A stretch of 64,000 nt of DNA, from assembly GCA_017616555.1 (NCBI GenBank), contig JAFZXZ010000003.1, forward strand, positions 7,162 through 71,161, in the 5' to 3' direction. Below are positions 28,464 to 37,712 of the stretch, in pieces. The notes beneath the pieces were generated by a model. The model saw only the letters and a program-made list of their open reading frames with translations, was not told where the DNA came from and did no database searches. The stretch comes from a bacterium. GTDB taxonomy: Bacteria > Auribacterota > UBA3054. Every line of letters starts with the position of its first letter. Within the stretch, counting starts at the first letter, position 1. Position numbers and translations under genes: made by a program.

Positions 28464-29221
28464 CGGAAATCGACCAATACAAAGATTTTGTCAAAGCCAT
28501 GCTGAAGGTCGCGATGCCCTTCATCAAAGACTCCTTCAACTCCCGCGCCTACCACGTCGAGGAGAAGAAGGACAAGAGCCCGGTGACGGAAATAGACCGC
28601 AAGGCCGAGATGATGCTGAGGGAAATGATCGCCAAGAATTTTCCCAGCCACGCGATCCTGGGCGAGGAGTTCGGGGCGAGCGAGAAGGCGGAGTACACCT
28701 GGGTCCTTGACCCCATCGACGGCACCAAATCCTTCATCTCCGGCTCCCCGCTTTTCGGCACGCTCGTTGCGCTTTTAAAGAACGGCAAACCGATCCTCGG
28801 CGCCATCGGGCTCCCGATGCGCGACGAAATTTATCTGGGCGACAATACGATAACGGAGCTGAACGGGAATCCGGTGCACGTTAAGGACGCTCTGACGCTC
28901 AAAGAGGCCGTTATCCTGACTACGGATATATGCGATATAGCCCGCTTGAAAAGCCGGCCTAAATTCGACGCTCTCATCAGTGAAGGCAAGATCTTCAGGA
29001 TGTGGGGCGACTGCTACGGCTACGCGCTCATAGCCGGCGGCCTGACGGCGGTCATGTCCGACGCGGAGATGAACCTCTGGGACATCCTGCCCCTTATCCC
29101 TGTCATAAGGGGAGCGGGCGGCGTCATAACGGGCTGGGAAGGCCAGGATCCGGTGGGAGCCGATTCCTGTCTTGCCGCGCCGCCGACCCTGCACAAGCTG
29201 GCGTTGGCTATATTGAATTGA
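28460..29221 (+). CDS. Inositol monophosphatase family protein (SuhB/HisN-like)
   Basis: ILGEEFG, WVLDPIDGTKSF and WGDCYGY. Confidence 0.75.
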   Translation: MTEIDQYKDFVKAMLKVAMPFIKDSFNSRAYHVEEKKDKSPVTEIDRKAEMMLREMIAKNFPSHAILGEEFGASEKAEYTWVLDPIDGTKSFISGSPLFGTLVALLKNGKPILGAIGLPMRDEIYLGDNTITELNGNPVHVKDALTLKEAVILTTDICDIARLKSRPKFDALISEGKIFRMWGDCYGYALIAGGLTAVMSDAEMNLWDILPLIPVIRGAGGVITGWEGQDPVGADSCLAAPPTLHKLALAILN

Positions 29222-29224
29222 ATT

Positions 29225-29233
29225 TGCTATAAT
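29225..29233 (+). promoter_or_regulatory. Extended -10 promoter (TGcTATAAT) at the head of the 327-nt rarA upstream region
   Basis: TGCTATAAT at 29225-29233, with TTGGCT (29204-29209) 18 nt upstream of the hexamer. Confidence 0.4.
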
Positions 29234-29239
29234 GTTTGC

Positions 29240-29520
29240 AGTCTCGTAAAGAGTTTGAATATATATGGCCTTCGGGCCGGAATGAAATTGAAATTGGAAA
29301 TTTGAAATGAGTTTTACCCTGCGGTGTTCGCTAACATACCGAGAAGCGCCTGAACTGACATTCGCTATTGTAAAGGGGCGAGTACAAGGTGGTTGTGCAG
29401 GCCCGTCTTCGAGCGGGAAGCCTTAAAATCTTGCAAGCCTTATTCTTAGAATTCTGAGTTTAGACCATTAAGTATCTACGGCACCAGCAGGGCCCTCAAT
29501 TTATCTCATTCCGGTCAGTC
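29240..29520 (+). ncRNA. Candidate structured RNA, rod-like (6S-like) or a long structured rarA leader
   Basis: Hand-checked long-range pairing: CCGGAATGA (29277-29285) with TCATTCCGG (29506-29514). AAATTGG (29291-29297) with TCAATTT (29496-29502). CCCTGC.GGTG (29317-29326) with CACC.AGCAGGG (29482-29492). CTGAACT (29350-29356) with AGTTTAG (29457-29463). An unpaired pair of ~8-9 nt strands (29341-29349 / 29464-29471) could be a central bubble. Confidence 0.35.
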
Positions 29521-29548
29521 AAGGCACGCGAAATAGATCCCTTGTATA

Positions 29549-30976
29549 ATGACTGACGAACCTGAACTTTTTTCCTTTTCAAGCGAAAGAGATATTCCCG
29601 GCGATCCCGCGCTTAATCTGACCGAGAACGCCGAAAACAGCAGCGCGCCTCTGGCCTTCCGTATGCGCCCCCGCGATTTATCTGAGATCGCCGGGCAGAA
29701 GCATCTTATTTACGAAGGCTCTCTCTTGGAGCGCGCCATTCTTGCTGACAAGCTCTCCAGTGCCATCTTCTTCGGCCCTCCGGGCTGCGGGAAGACGACT
29801 CTGGCGGAAGTAATCGCTTTGACGACGAAGCGGCCTTTCTGCCGCCTGTCGGCCGTCGCTTCCAGCGTCAAGGACGTCAGGGACGTCGTCGATTTTTCGA
29901 GATCAAGGAGAAAGGCCGGGCGCTTAGGCGCGGTGCTTTTCCTTGACGAGATCCACCGTTTCAACAAGGCGCAGCAGGATGTTTTGCTGCCGCATGTCGA
30001 GAACGGCACGCTTATCCTTATCGGCGCGACGACCGAGAATCCTTACTTCGCTTTGAACAACGCGCTTCTTTCCCGCTCCCGCATCTTCCAGTTCAAGCCG
30101 CTGGAAAAAGAAGATATCATGGCGGTCTTGGAAAGGGCCCTGAAGGATGAGGAGAGGGGATTTGGAAAGATGGACCTTACGGTCGAACCTGACGCGCTCG
30201 CTTTCCTAGCCCAGCGCTGCGAAGGCGACGCTCGTGTCGCGCTGAACGCCCTGGAACTGGCGGCCACGACCACCAAACCCGACGCAAAGGGCAGAGTCAA
30301 CGTTACGATAAAGGACGCCGAGGCCTCTTTGCAGAAGAAAGTTTTGCTCTACGACCGCGACGGCGACGGACATTACGACACTATTTCCGCCTTCATCAAG
30401 TCGATGCGGGGAAGCGACCCGGACGCCGCGCTCTACTGGCTCGCCAAGATGCTGCAGGCCGGCGAGGACCCCAGGTTCATCGCGCGCCGCATGGTCATTT
30501 TCGCAAGCGAGGACATCGGCTGCGCGGATTACCTTGCCCTGCCTTTAGCGATGGCGGCTTACCAGGCGGCCGAGAGGATCGGCATGCCGGAAGTGAGGAT
30601 CAACCTCGGCCACGTCGTCACCTACCTTGCCTGCTGCCCGAAGAGCAACGCGGCCTACATGGGCCTGGAAGCGGCCTGGAAGGACGTGGCGGAAAACATC
30701 ACGATGGAAGTGCCCGATCACCTGAAAGACTCCCATTACAAGGGCGCGAAGGACCTGGGCCACGGCGAGGGCTACGAATACAGCCACAACGCCGAGGGGC
30801 ACTTTAGCGCGGCTCAGGAATACATGCCCCTTGAGAAACTGTACTATAAGCCCACACGCTTCGGCGCGGAGGAGAGAATAAATGAACGACTGTCCAATTG
30901 GCGCAACCAAAGAAGAGCTGCGCGCGAGAATGCGCGGTCTGAGAAAGGCGCTGACGAAGGAAGCAAGAAGCTCTGA
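29549..30976 (+). CDS. rarA: Replication-associated recombination protein A (AAA+ ATPase)
   Basis: FFGPPGCGKTTLA, LFLDEIHRFNK and the MgsA C-terminal domain (DGHYDTISAFIKSMRGSDPDAALYWLAKM). Confidence 0.9.
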   Translation: MTDEPELFSFSSERDIPGDPALNLTENAENSSAPLAFRMRPRDLSEIAGQKHLIYEGSLLERAILADKLSSAIFFGPPGCGKTTLAEVIALTTKRPFCRLSAVASSVKDVRDVVDFSRSRRKAGRLGAVLFLDEIHRFNKAQQDVLLPHVENGTLILIGATTENPYFALNNALLSRSRIFQFKPLEKEDIMAVLERALKDEERGFGKMDLTVEPDALAFLAQRCEGDARVALNALELAATTTKPDAKGRVNVTIKDAEASLQKKVLLYDRDGDGHYDTISAFIKSMRGSDPDAALYWLAKMLQAGEDPRFIARRMVIFASEDIGCADYLALPLAMAAYQAAERIGMPEVRINLGHVVTYLACCPKSNAAYMGLEAAWKDVAENITMEVPDHLKDSHYKGAKDLGHGEGYEYSHNAEGHFSAAQEYMPLEKLYYKPTRFGAEERINERLSNWRNQRRAARENARSEKGADEGSKKL

Positions 30977-31496
30977 AACGCGGGAAGTAGTGAGGAAAAT
31001 AGTGGCTAGCCTGGCCTGGCAGAGAGCGCAAATAATAGTCTCCTACATGGCGCTGGGCAGCGAACTGGACCTTGCCGCCGCAAACGAAGCGGCCCTCGCC
31101 GAGGGCAAAAAGCTGGTATTGCCGGTGGTTAAGGGAAAAGACTTGATCTTTAGGGAAGTGGGGGGACTTACTGAGGAATATTTCAAGGTAGGTTCTTTCG
31201 GGATAAGGGAACCAAGGGAGGAGCTTCCTCTCTGGAACCCAATGGAAGAACGTTTCAATACGCTCTGGCTTCTGCCCGGCGTAGCTTTCGACAAAGAGTG
31301 CCGAAGGCTGGGCCAAGGCGGGGGCTATTACGACAGAACGCTGGAAAGGCTCCGCTCTTTCCGGCGCGCCGGAGATACAGTAGCCGGCGTGGCATTTGAT
31401 TGCCAGATAGCGGACAGGATCCCGACTGAAGAGTGGGACAGGGCCCTGGACCTCGTTATATCGCCAGGGGACATCTATATTAATCAACATATATAA
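30882..31496 (+). CDS. ygfA: 5-formyltetrahydrofolate cyclo-ligase
   Basis: TKEELRARMRGLRKAL, then LLPGVAFDKECRRLGQGGGYYDRTL. GGAGAG precedes the ATG. The gene overlaps the rarA 3' end by 95 nt. Confidence 0.8.
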   Translation: MNDCPIGATKEELRARMRGLRKALTKEARSSETREVVRKIVASLAWQRAQIIVSYMALGSELDLAAANEAALAEGKKLVLPVVKGKDLIFREVGGLTEEYFKVGSFGIREPREELPLWNPMEERFNTLWLLPGVAFDKECRRLGQGGGYYDRTLERLRSFRRAGDTVAGVAFDCQIADRIPTEEWDRALDLVISPGDIYINQHI

Positions 31497-31504
31497 GGAT
31501 AAAA

Positions 31505-33085
31505 ATGGAACAGCTGACAACCCAAACGTTAGTTCTGATCGCGGCCGCGGCGGCGGTAGGCTTCATCCTTGGAGCCATAATCTTAAGCGCCATCCATAAA
31601 GCCAAGGAGCGCTCAAGGGAAAACAAAGTCAAGGACGAAGCCAGAAGACTGATCGACAAGGCCAAAAGGGAAGCTCATCAGATCAAGAGGGAAAGCGATC
31701 TGGAACTGAAGGACAAAGAGCATAAAATGCGCCTCGACTTCGAGAACAGCACCAAGGACACCAGGCGCGAACTGAAGAAGGAAGAGGAGAGGATAGAGCA
31801 GAAGAAGGCCGCCTGCGACAAACGCGCCGACCAGATCGAGCAGAAAGAGCAGGCCTTGGAAAACGACAGGGCTAAGCTTGTTTTCGAACGCAAGCAGATA
31901 GATCTCAGCAAGGAGAAAGTGGAAAAACTGATCCAGGAAGAGGAAGCCGCCTTGCAGCGCGTGGCGGGCCTTTCCCGCGAAGAAGCCATAAAGAGTTTAA
32001 GGGAAAAGCTTGAGCGCGAAGTGGAGTACGACGCCGCGAACCTTATCCGTCGTCGTCAGCAGGAAGCTGAGGAGCAGGCCCATTCCGTCGCCTGCGACAT
32101 CATTGCGAGAGCCATCCAGCGCTGCGCAAGTGAGTACGTGGCCGAGAATACGGTCGCTTCCGTCAGTCTTCCCAGCGACGACCTGAAAGGCCGCATCATC
32201 GGCCGCGAGGGCCGCAACATCAGGGCCCTCGAGCAGGAGACCGGCGTTGAGATATTAATTGACGATACGCCGAACGCGGTCGTTATCTCCGGCTTCGATC
32301 CGGTGAGAAGAGAGATCGCCAAGAGGACCCTGGAACGTCTGATCGCGGACGGCCGCATCCACCCGGCAAGGATCGAGGAAGTCTTGAACGCCGTGAGAAG
32401 CGAGATCGACCAGGAGATCGAGGAAGCCGGTCAGAAAGCCTGCCTGGACCTCGGCATCAGCGGTTTGCACCCCGAACTGGTGAAGCTTGTCGGCCGTTTG
32501 AAATTCCGCACGAGCTACGGCCAGAACTTGCTGGCGCACTCCATCGAAGTCTCTAAGATCATGGGCGCCCTCTCTACCGAAATGAGAGAGGATCCGACGC
32601 TCGCCAAACGCGCCGGTCTCTTGCACGACATCGGCAAGGCCGTTGACCATGAGGTCGAGGGCCCGCACGCCTCTATCGGCGCCGAGTTGGCCAGACATTA
32701 CCAGGAATGCGACAAGGTCGTCAACGCGATCGCGGCGCACCACAACGAAACGGAAGCCAAGTCCCGCATGGCGGTCCTTTGCAGCGCGGCTGACGCGATC
32801 AGTGCGGCCAGGCCCGGCGCCAGAAGCGAGGCTTACGACACTTATCTGAGGCGCATCGAGCAACTAGAAAAGATCGCCGGCGAGATCGAGGGCGTCCAGA
32901 ATGCCTTCGCGGTCCAGGCCGGACGCGAACTCAGAGTCATAGTCGATGCCGAGAGCATCGACGATAACAAGATGCTGGTCATCGCGAGAGACATCGCCAA
33001 GCGCGTCTCCGACGAGGTCCAGTTCCCCGGCCAGATCAAGGTCTGCGTGGTCAGGGAGACCAGAGTCGTCGAGTACGCGAAATGA
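31505..33085 (+). CDS. rny: Ribonuclease Y
   Basis: N-terminal TM segment, Lys/Glu-rich coiled coil, KH domain (GRIIGREGRNIRALE) and HD domain (LLHDIGKA). Confidence 0.9.
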   Translation: MEQLTTQTLVLIAAAAAVGFILGAIILSAIHKAKERSRENKVKDEARRLIDKAKREAHQIKRESDLELKDKEHKMRLDFENSTKDTRRELKKEEERIEQKKAACDKRADQIEQKEQALENDRAKLVFERKQIDLSKEKVEKLIQEEEAALQRVAGLSREEAIKSLREKLEREVEYDAANLIRRRQQEAEEQAHSVACDIIARAIQRCASEYVAENTVASVSLPSDDLKGRIIGREGRNIRALEQETGVEILIDDTPNAVVISGFDPVRREIAKRTLERLIADGRIHPARIEEVLNAVRSEIDQEIEEAGQKACLDLGISGLHPELVKLVGRLKFRTSYGQNLLAHSIEVSKIMGALSTEMREDPTLAKRAGLLHDIGKAVDHEVEGPHASIGAELARHYQECDKVVNAIAAHHNETEAKSRMAVLCSAADAISAARPGARSEAYDTYLRRIEQLEKIAGEIEGVQNAFAVQAGRELRVIVDAESIDDNKMLVIARDIAKRVSDEVQFPGQIKVCVVRETRVVEYAK

Positions 33086-33852
33086 GAATCATCCTGTTCG
33101 GGGACGTGGTCGGCCGCAGCGGCCGGACCGTCCTGCTTAAGCATCTCCCTAAACTGAAGGCCCAGTACGAGGCGGATTTCTGCGTTGCCAACGCCGAGAA
33201 CGCCGCCGGCGGCAGCGGGCTGACGGTCGATATCGCCAAGGAGCTTTTGGCGGGCGGCGTGGACGTCATCACTTTGGGCGACCACGCCTTCCGTCAGAAG
33301 GACTACCGCGAGATGCTCTCCCTAAACCGCATCGTCCGACCTTCCAACGCCATCACTTCCAGCGTAGGCGTAGGCTTCCTGGAGACCAAGTGGAAGAATA
33401 CCCCCGTCGCGGTCATCAATCTGCAAGGGCAGACTTTCATGCAGCCCAGCCAGAATCCCTTCGTGGAAGTGGACAAGATCCTAGAGCAAATAAAAGCCAA
33501 AGTGATAATAATAGACTTCCACGCCGAGGCCACCAGCGAGAAGATCGCCATGGGCCATCACCTCAACGGCAAGGTGTCCGTTATCGTCGGTACTCACACG
33601 CACGTACAGACTGCGGACGCAAAAATTCTCCACCACGGGACCGCTTACTTAACGGACCTTGGTATGGTCGGCCCTGAGGAGTCCGTCATCGGCAGGGAAA
33701 TAGAGCCGGTCTTAGAGCATTTCATCACCGGCCTTCCCCAGAAATTCCACGTGGCGGACGGCCCCTGCCAGGTTTCCGGCGCGGTCGTCGAAGTCGATGA
33801 AACCACAGGATCTGCTAAGAGCATTCAAACTTTCTCCAAAGTTATGGAGTGA
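33082..33852 (+). CDS. ymdB: YmdB-family metallophosphoesterase (2',3'-cyclic-nucleotide 2'-phosphodiesterase)
   Basis: MRIILFGDVVGRSGR, ANAENAAGG and GTHTHVQTAD. It shows the classic rny-ymdB adjacency. Confidence 0.85.
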   Translation: MRIILFGDVVGRSGRTVLLKHLPKLKAQYEADFCVANAENAAGGSGLTVDIAKELLAGGVDVITLGDHAFRQKDYREMLSLNRIVRPSNAITSSVGVGFLETKWKNTPVAVINLQGQTFMQPSQNPFVEVDKILEQIKAKVIIIDFHAEATSEKIAMGHHLNGKVSVIVGTHTHVQTADAKILHHGTAYLTDLGMVGPEESVIGREIEPVLEHFITGLPQKFHVADGPCQVSGAVVEVDETTGSAKSIQTFSKVME

Positions 33853-33868
33853 AAAGTTAGCGCTTCCC

Positions 33869-34609
33869 ATGGACGAAACATGGGAAGCGCTATCCGATCT
33901 CTTTTTTCCTCCCGTCTGTTATTATTGCAAATCGCCCCTGGACAGCCGCGGCGGGAGAAAACTCTGCCCTCGCTGCCGGGAACTACTGAAATTAGTAGAA
34001 GCGCCTTATTGCCTCGGCTGTTCCAAAACAAACGTTATCCTTGACGAGGAAACGCTCCTCTGCCCCGACTGCCAAATTAGATCCAAGCGCGCCCCCCTCT
34101 CCAGAGTAATTGCCGGCGCCGCTTACGAGGGCCTTGTCCTGCACCTCATTTCGAAATTCAAATACGGGCGCTGCCGCTATCTCGCGGACCCTCTGACGGA
34201 CATAATAATGGCGCACCCGGAGTTCAACATCCTCGCGCCGCACATCGCCTGTCTCGTTCCCGTTCCCATGCACTGGACGAGGAAGATAATCAGGGGCTTC
34301 AACCAATCTGAAGACCTCGCCTACGAGCTTTCAAGAAGGACGAAGATCCCGGTCGTCCCGGCCCTCAAGAGGGTGCGCTACCATTCCTCCCAGGCCGGGC
34401 TCAAAAGGGACGAGAGGATGCGCAACCTGGGCGGGGCTTTCCAATTCGACAAACGTTATTCCAAGCGCTTCAAAAACCTGCCCAAAAGCAAGCTTGTGGC
34501 CATAATCGACGACGTCTGCACGACCGGCACGACCGCCGAGCTCTGCGCCCGTCAGCTCAAAAGGAACGGCGCGAAAAACATCATTCTGCTTTGCGCCGCC
34601 AAGACCTGA
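33869..34609 (+). CDS. comF: ComF-family protein (zinc-ribbon + phosphoribosyltransferase domain)
   Basis: N-terminal CxxC pairs (CYYC...CPRC; CLGC...CPDC) and the PRTase motif AIIDDVCTTGTT. The start is placed at the Met after the ymdB stop. Confidence 0.75.
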   Translation: MDETWEALSDLFFPPVCYYCKSPLDSRGGRKLCPRCRELLKLVEAPYCLGCSKTNVILDEETLLCPDCQIRSKRAPLSRVIAGAAYEGLVLHLISKFKYGRCRYLADPLTDIIMAHPEFNILAPHIACLVPVPMHWTRKIIRGFNQSEDLAYELSRRTKIPVVPALKRVRYHSSQAGLKRDERMRNLGGAFQFDKRYSKRFKNLPKSKLVAIIDDVCTTGTTAELCARQLKRNGAKNIILLCAAKT

Positions 34610-34713
34610 AAAGCGCGAAAACCCGCTCCTATAAAGGGAAAAGACGCACTTGGGCAAATTATGCTATCATATAAAATACTTTTATAATGTGTGTTCATAA
34701 AGGAGAAGGTAAA

Positions 34714-35751
34714 ATGAAATCAAAGTACACTGAGGCCGGTGTCGATATCGACAAGGGTAATCAGATCGTAAAGGACATCAAGGGCATGGTCCGCTCCACT
34801 TTCAGCCCCGCGGTCTTGGCTGACATCGGGCTTTTCGGCGGACTCTACGACATCACTGGTTTGGGCGAAGGCGAAAACGTTCTCGTCGCCTCCATCGACG
34901 GCGTCGGCACGAAACTGCACCTGGCCGCGCAGCTGAACCGCTTTAGAGGCGTCGGTCACGACATCGTCGCCCACTGCTGCGACGACATCGTTGTCCAGGG
35001 CGCCAGGCCGCTCTTTTTCTTAGACTACGTGGCGGCCGCTGACCTCACCGTGGAAGGCGTGACGGAGATCGTGGCGGGCATTACGGAAGAGTGCCGCACG
35101 AACCACTGCGCTCTGCTTGGCGGCGAGACAGCGGAAATGCCCGGCACCTACTGCCGCGGCCAGTACGACCTGGCGGGCTGCATCGTCGGCGTCGTCAACC
35201 GCAAGAAGCTCATAGACGGCAAGACCATCAAGCCCGGCGACGTGGCGGTGGCGCTCCCCAGTTCCGGTCTGCACACCAACGGCTTCTCCCTGGCGAGGAA
35301 GATCCTCTTCCAGGACGGCGGCTATGACCTCAGCTACATGCCGGAAGCCGGCGGCCCGACCTTAGGCGACATATTGCTTGAGCCGCACCGCTCCTACATT
35401 CCGACGGTCTTGCCTCTCATCGACGCCATTCCCGTAAAGGGCCTCGCCCACATCACGGGCGGCGGCCTCTACGAGAACGTTCCCCGTATCCTTCCGGAAG
35501 GCACGGGCGTCACTTTCGACGCCAAGGCTTTCCCGGTGCCCTTCATCTACCAGTTCATGCAGAAGCTGGGCGAAGTCGATCCTAAGGAAATGTACCGCGT
35601 TTTCAACATGGGCATCGGATTGGTGATCTTCGTTTCTCCTGAAAACGCCGAGACGGTCATCCGTTTCGCCAGGGAAAAACAGAATCTTCCCGCCGCCGTC
35701 ATCGGCAAGGTGACGGAAGGCGACCGTAAGGTGGAGATCGTAAATCTGTGA
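34714..35751 (+). CDS. purM: Phosphoribosylformylglycinamidine cyclo-ligase (AIR synthetase)
   Basis: AAGGAGA RBS before the ATG at 34714. YTEAGVDIDKGN and SIDGVGTKL. Confidence 0.9.
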   Translation: MKSKYTEAGVDIDKGNQIVKDIKGMVRSTFSPAVLADIGLFGGLYDITGLGEGENVLVASIDGVGTKLHLAAQLNRFRGVGHDIVAHCCDDIVVQGARPLFFLDYVAAADLTVEGVTEIVAGITEECRTNHCALLGGETAEMPGTYCRGQYDLAGCIVGVVNRKKLIDGKTIKPGDVAVALPSSGLHTNGFSLARKILFQDGGYDLSYMPEAGGPTLGDILLEPHRSYIPTVLPLIDAIPVKGLAHITGGGLYENVPRILPEGTGVTFDAKAFPVPFIYQFMQKLGEVDPKEMYRVFNMGIGLVIFVSPENAETVIRFAREKQNLPAAVIGKVTEGDRKVEIVNL

Positions 35752-36164
35752 GAAACCTCATCCGTTTCAGCGAGGAAGAAAACGATTCCCAAATCTGCGG
35801 AACCTGCACTTCCTGCTGCCGCTGGGACGGGGAGGTGCTTTTCGCGCCACAGGAACTGGACGCCCTGGCTGACCTTCTTCATATGGACGTTAGGGACTGC
35901 GCGGAAAAGTTTTTTGAATTAAGCGACGACCGCAGGAATCTGCGGCTGAGGATGGGGAAAGGCGACCCTTGCCCCTTCCTTTCGGAAAAGGGCTGCACTA
36001 TCTACAAGGCGAGGCCAGATCAGTGCCGGAACTTTCCCTACGTCTGGGTGAGGGAAGAAGCGAAATTAATGGAAGAGTGCAAGCTCTTCAAAGAAATATT
36101 AAAGCGAAACAACCTAACATTACAGGACCTTCAAAATGAAAAAGATCGAACGTGCTCTGATTAG
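35748..36164 (+). CDS. YkgJ-family cysteine-cluster protein
   Basis: CGTCTSCCRW (CxxCxxCC) plus CPFL...GCTIYKARPDQCRNFPY. Confidence 0.7.
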   Translation: MRNLIRFSEEENDSQICGTCTSCCRWDGEVLFAPQELDALADLLHMDVRDCAEKFFELSDDRRNLRLRMGKGDPCPFLSEKGCTIYKARPDQCRNFPYVWVREEAKLMEECKLFKEILKRNNLTLQDLQNEKDRTCSD

Positions 36165-37707
36165 CGTTTCCGACAAGACAGGGATCGCGGAACTGGCCAT
36201 GCAACTAAGTAAACGCGGCGTGGAGATCATCTCCACCGGCGGCACCGCCAAGCTTCTTAAAGGCGAAGGCGTTCCCATCAAGACTATCGACGAGTTCACG
36301 GGTTTCCCGGAAATGCTCGACGGCAGAGTCAAGACGCTGCACCCGAAGGTCCACGCCGGTCTCCTTTCCATGCGCGACAATCCCGCCCATCAGAAGACCA
36401 TGCAGGAATACTCTCTGGAGTACATCGATCTCGTCGTCGTCAACCTCTATCCTTTTGAAGCGACCATCAAGAAACCGGATGTCACTTTCCCGGAAGCCAT
36501 AGAAAACATCGACATCGGCGGCCCGACTATGCTGCGCTCCGCTTCCAAGAACTTCAAGGACGTGACGGTCATCACCGACCCCGCGGACTACAACAAGCTC
36601 CTTGAGATCATGGACCAGAACGGAGGAATGTCCACCTTCGAATTCAACAGATCCTGCGCCCAGAAGGTCTTCGCCGCCACGGCCTATTACGACAGCCTTA
36701 TCGCGGACTTCTTAGCCAACGCCATGGGCCCTGACGCCCCGATGTTCGGCGAAACGAAAACCTTCGGCTACCGCAAGGTCCAGGGCCTCCGCTACGGCGA
36801 GAACCCCCACCAGGCGGCCGCCTTCTACAAGGAAGCCAAGATCAATGAGCCCTGCGCCACCACCGCCAAGCAGCTGCACGGCAAGGAACTCAGCTATAAC
36901 AACTTCATCGACCTGGACGGCGCCCTCGAATTAGTCAAAGAATTCACCGAGCCCGCGGCCATAATAGTCAAGCACACCAACCCTTGCGGCGCGGCCACCG
37001 ACGACGATCTCTTGACCGCTTACCTTAAAGCCCGCGAGACCGACCCGGATTCCGCTTTCGGCGGCATCTTAGCCTTCAACCGCACTGTTGAGGCGCCCTT
37101 AGCCGAAGAATTATCCAAGGTCTTCGTCGAGGCTGTCATCGCGCCCGCCTACACTCCGGAAGCCTTTGAGATCATCAGCAAGAAGAAAAACATCCGCATC
37201 ATGACGGTCGAGGATCTCCCGCAGTGGCTCGAACAAGGACGTCCTGCCAGTGGTTTCATGACAAGGAAGGTCGTAGGCGGCCTCCTCGTCCAGGAAAGAG
37301 ACCTTGCCGTCCTCGGCCCCGACGGCCTGAAGTGCGTCACCAAGCGAGAGCCCACCGAAGAGGAAGTGAAATCCCTCCTCTTTGCCTGGAAGTGCTGCAA
37401 GCACGTCAAATCTAACGCCATCGTTTACGCCAAGGGCACCGAATTAGTCGGCGTCGGCGCCGGTCAGATGAGCCGCGTCGATTCCGCCAAGATCGGCGTC
37501 ATGAAGGCCAGAAAACCCATCCAGGGCTGCGTAATGGCTAGTGACGCTTTCTTCCCCTTCAGGGACAGCGTTGATGCCGCGGCCGCTTCCGGCATCACCG
37601 CCATCATCCAGCCCGGCGGCTCCATCAGGGACGAAGAATCCATCGCCGCTGCGGACGAACACGGCATGACCATGCTCTTCACCGGCATGCGCCACTTCAA
37701 GCATTAA
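36136..37707 (+). CDS. purH: Bifunctional AICAR transformylase / IMP cyclohydrolase
   Basis: ALISVSDKTGI, KTLHPKVHAG and the C-terminal AIIQPGGSIRD. Confidence 0.95.
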   Translation: MKKIERALISVSDKTGIAELAMQLSKRGVEIISTGGTAKLLKGEGVPIKTIDEFTGFPEMLDGRVKTLHPKVHAGLLSMRDNPAHQKTMQEYSLEYIDLVVVNLYPFEATIKKPDVTFPEAIENIDIGGPTMLRSASKNFKDVTVITDPADYNKLLEIMDQNGGMSTFEFNRSCAQKVFAATAYYDSLIADFLANAMGPDAPMFGETKTFGYRKVQGLRYGENPHQAAAFYKEAKINEPCATTAKQLHGKELSYNNFIDLDGALELVKEFTEPAAIIVKHTNPCGAATDDDLLTAYLKARETDPDSAFGGILAFNRTVEAPLAEELSKVFVEAVIAPAYTPEAFEIISKKKNIRIMTVEDLPQWLEQGRPASGFMTRKVVGGLLVQERDLAVLGPDGLKCVTKREPTEEEVKSLLFAWKCCKHVKSNAIVYAKGTELVGVGAGQMSRVDSAKIGVMKARKPIQGCVMASDAFFPFRDSVDAAAASGITAIIQPGGSIRDEESIAAADEHGMTMLFTGMRHFKH

Positions 37708-37712
37708 TATAA

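Noticed and set aside
29222-29548. tmRNA, RNase P RNA, SRP RNA or a known riboswitch in the rarA upstream region
   Set aside because: It has no tRNA-like ends or tag reading frame. It lacks the GAGGAAAGTCC-type RNase P core and the SRP domain-IV GGAA/AGCA motif pair. The rod-like fold fits 6S or a structured leader better.
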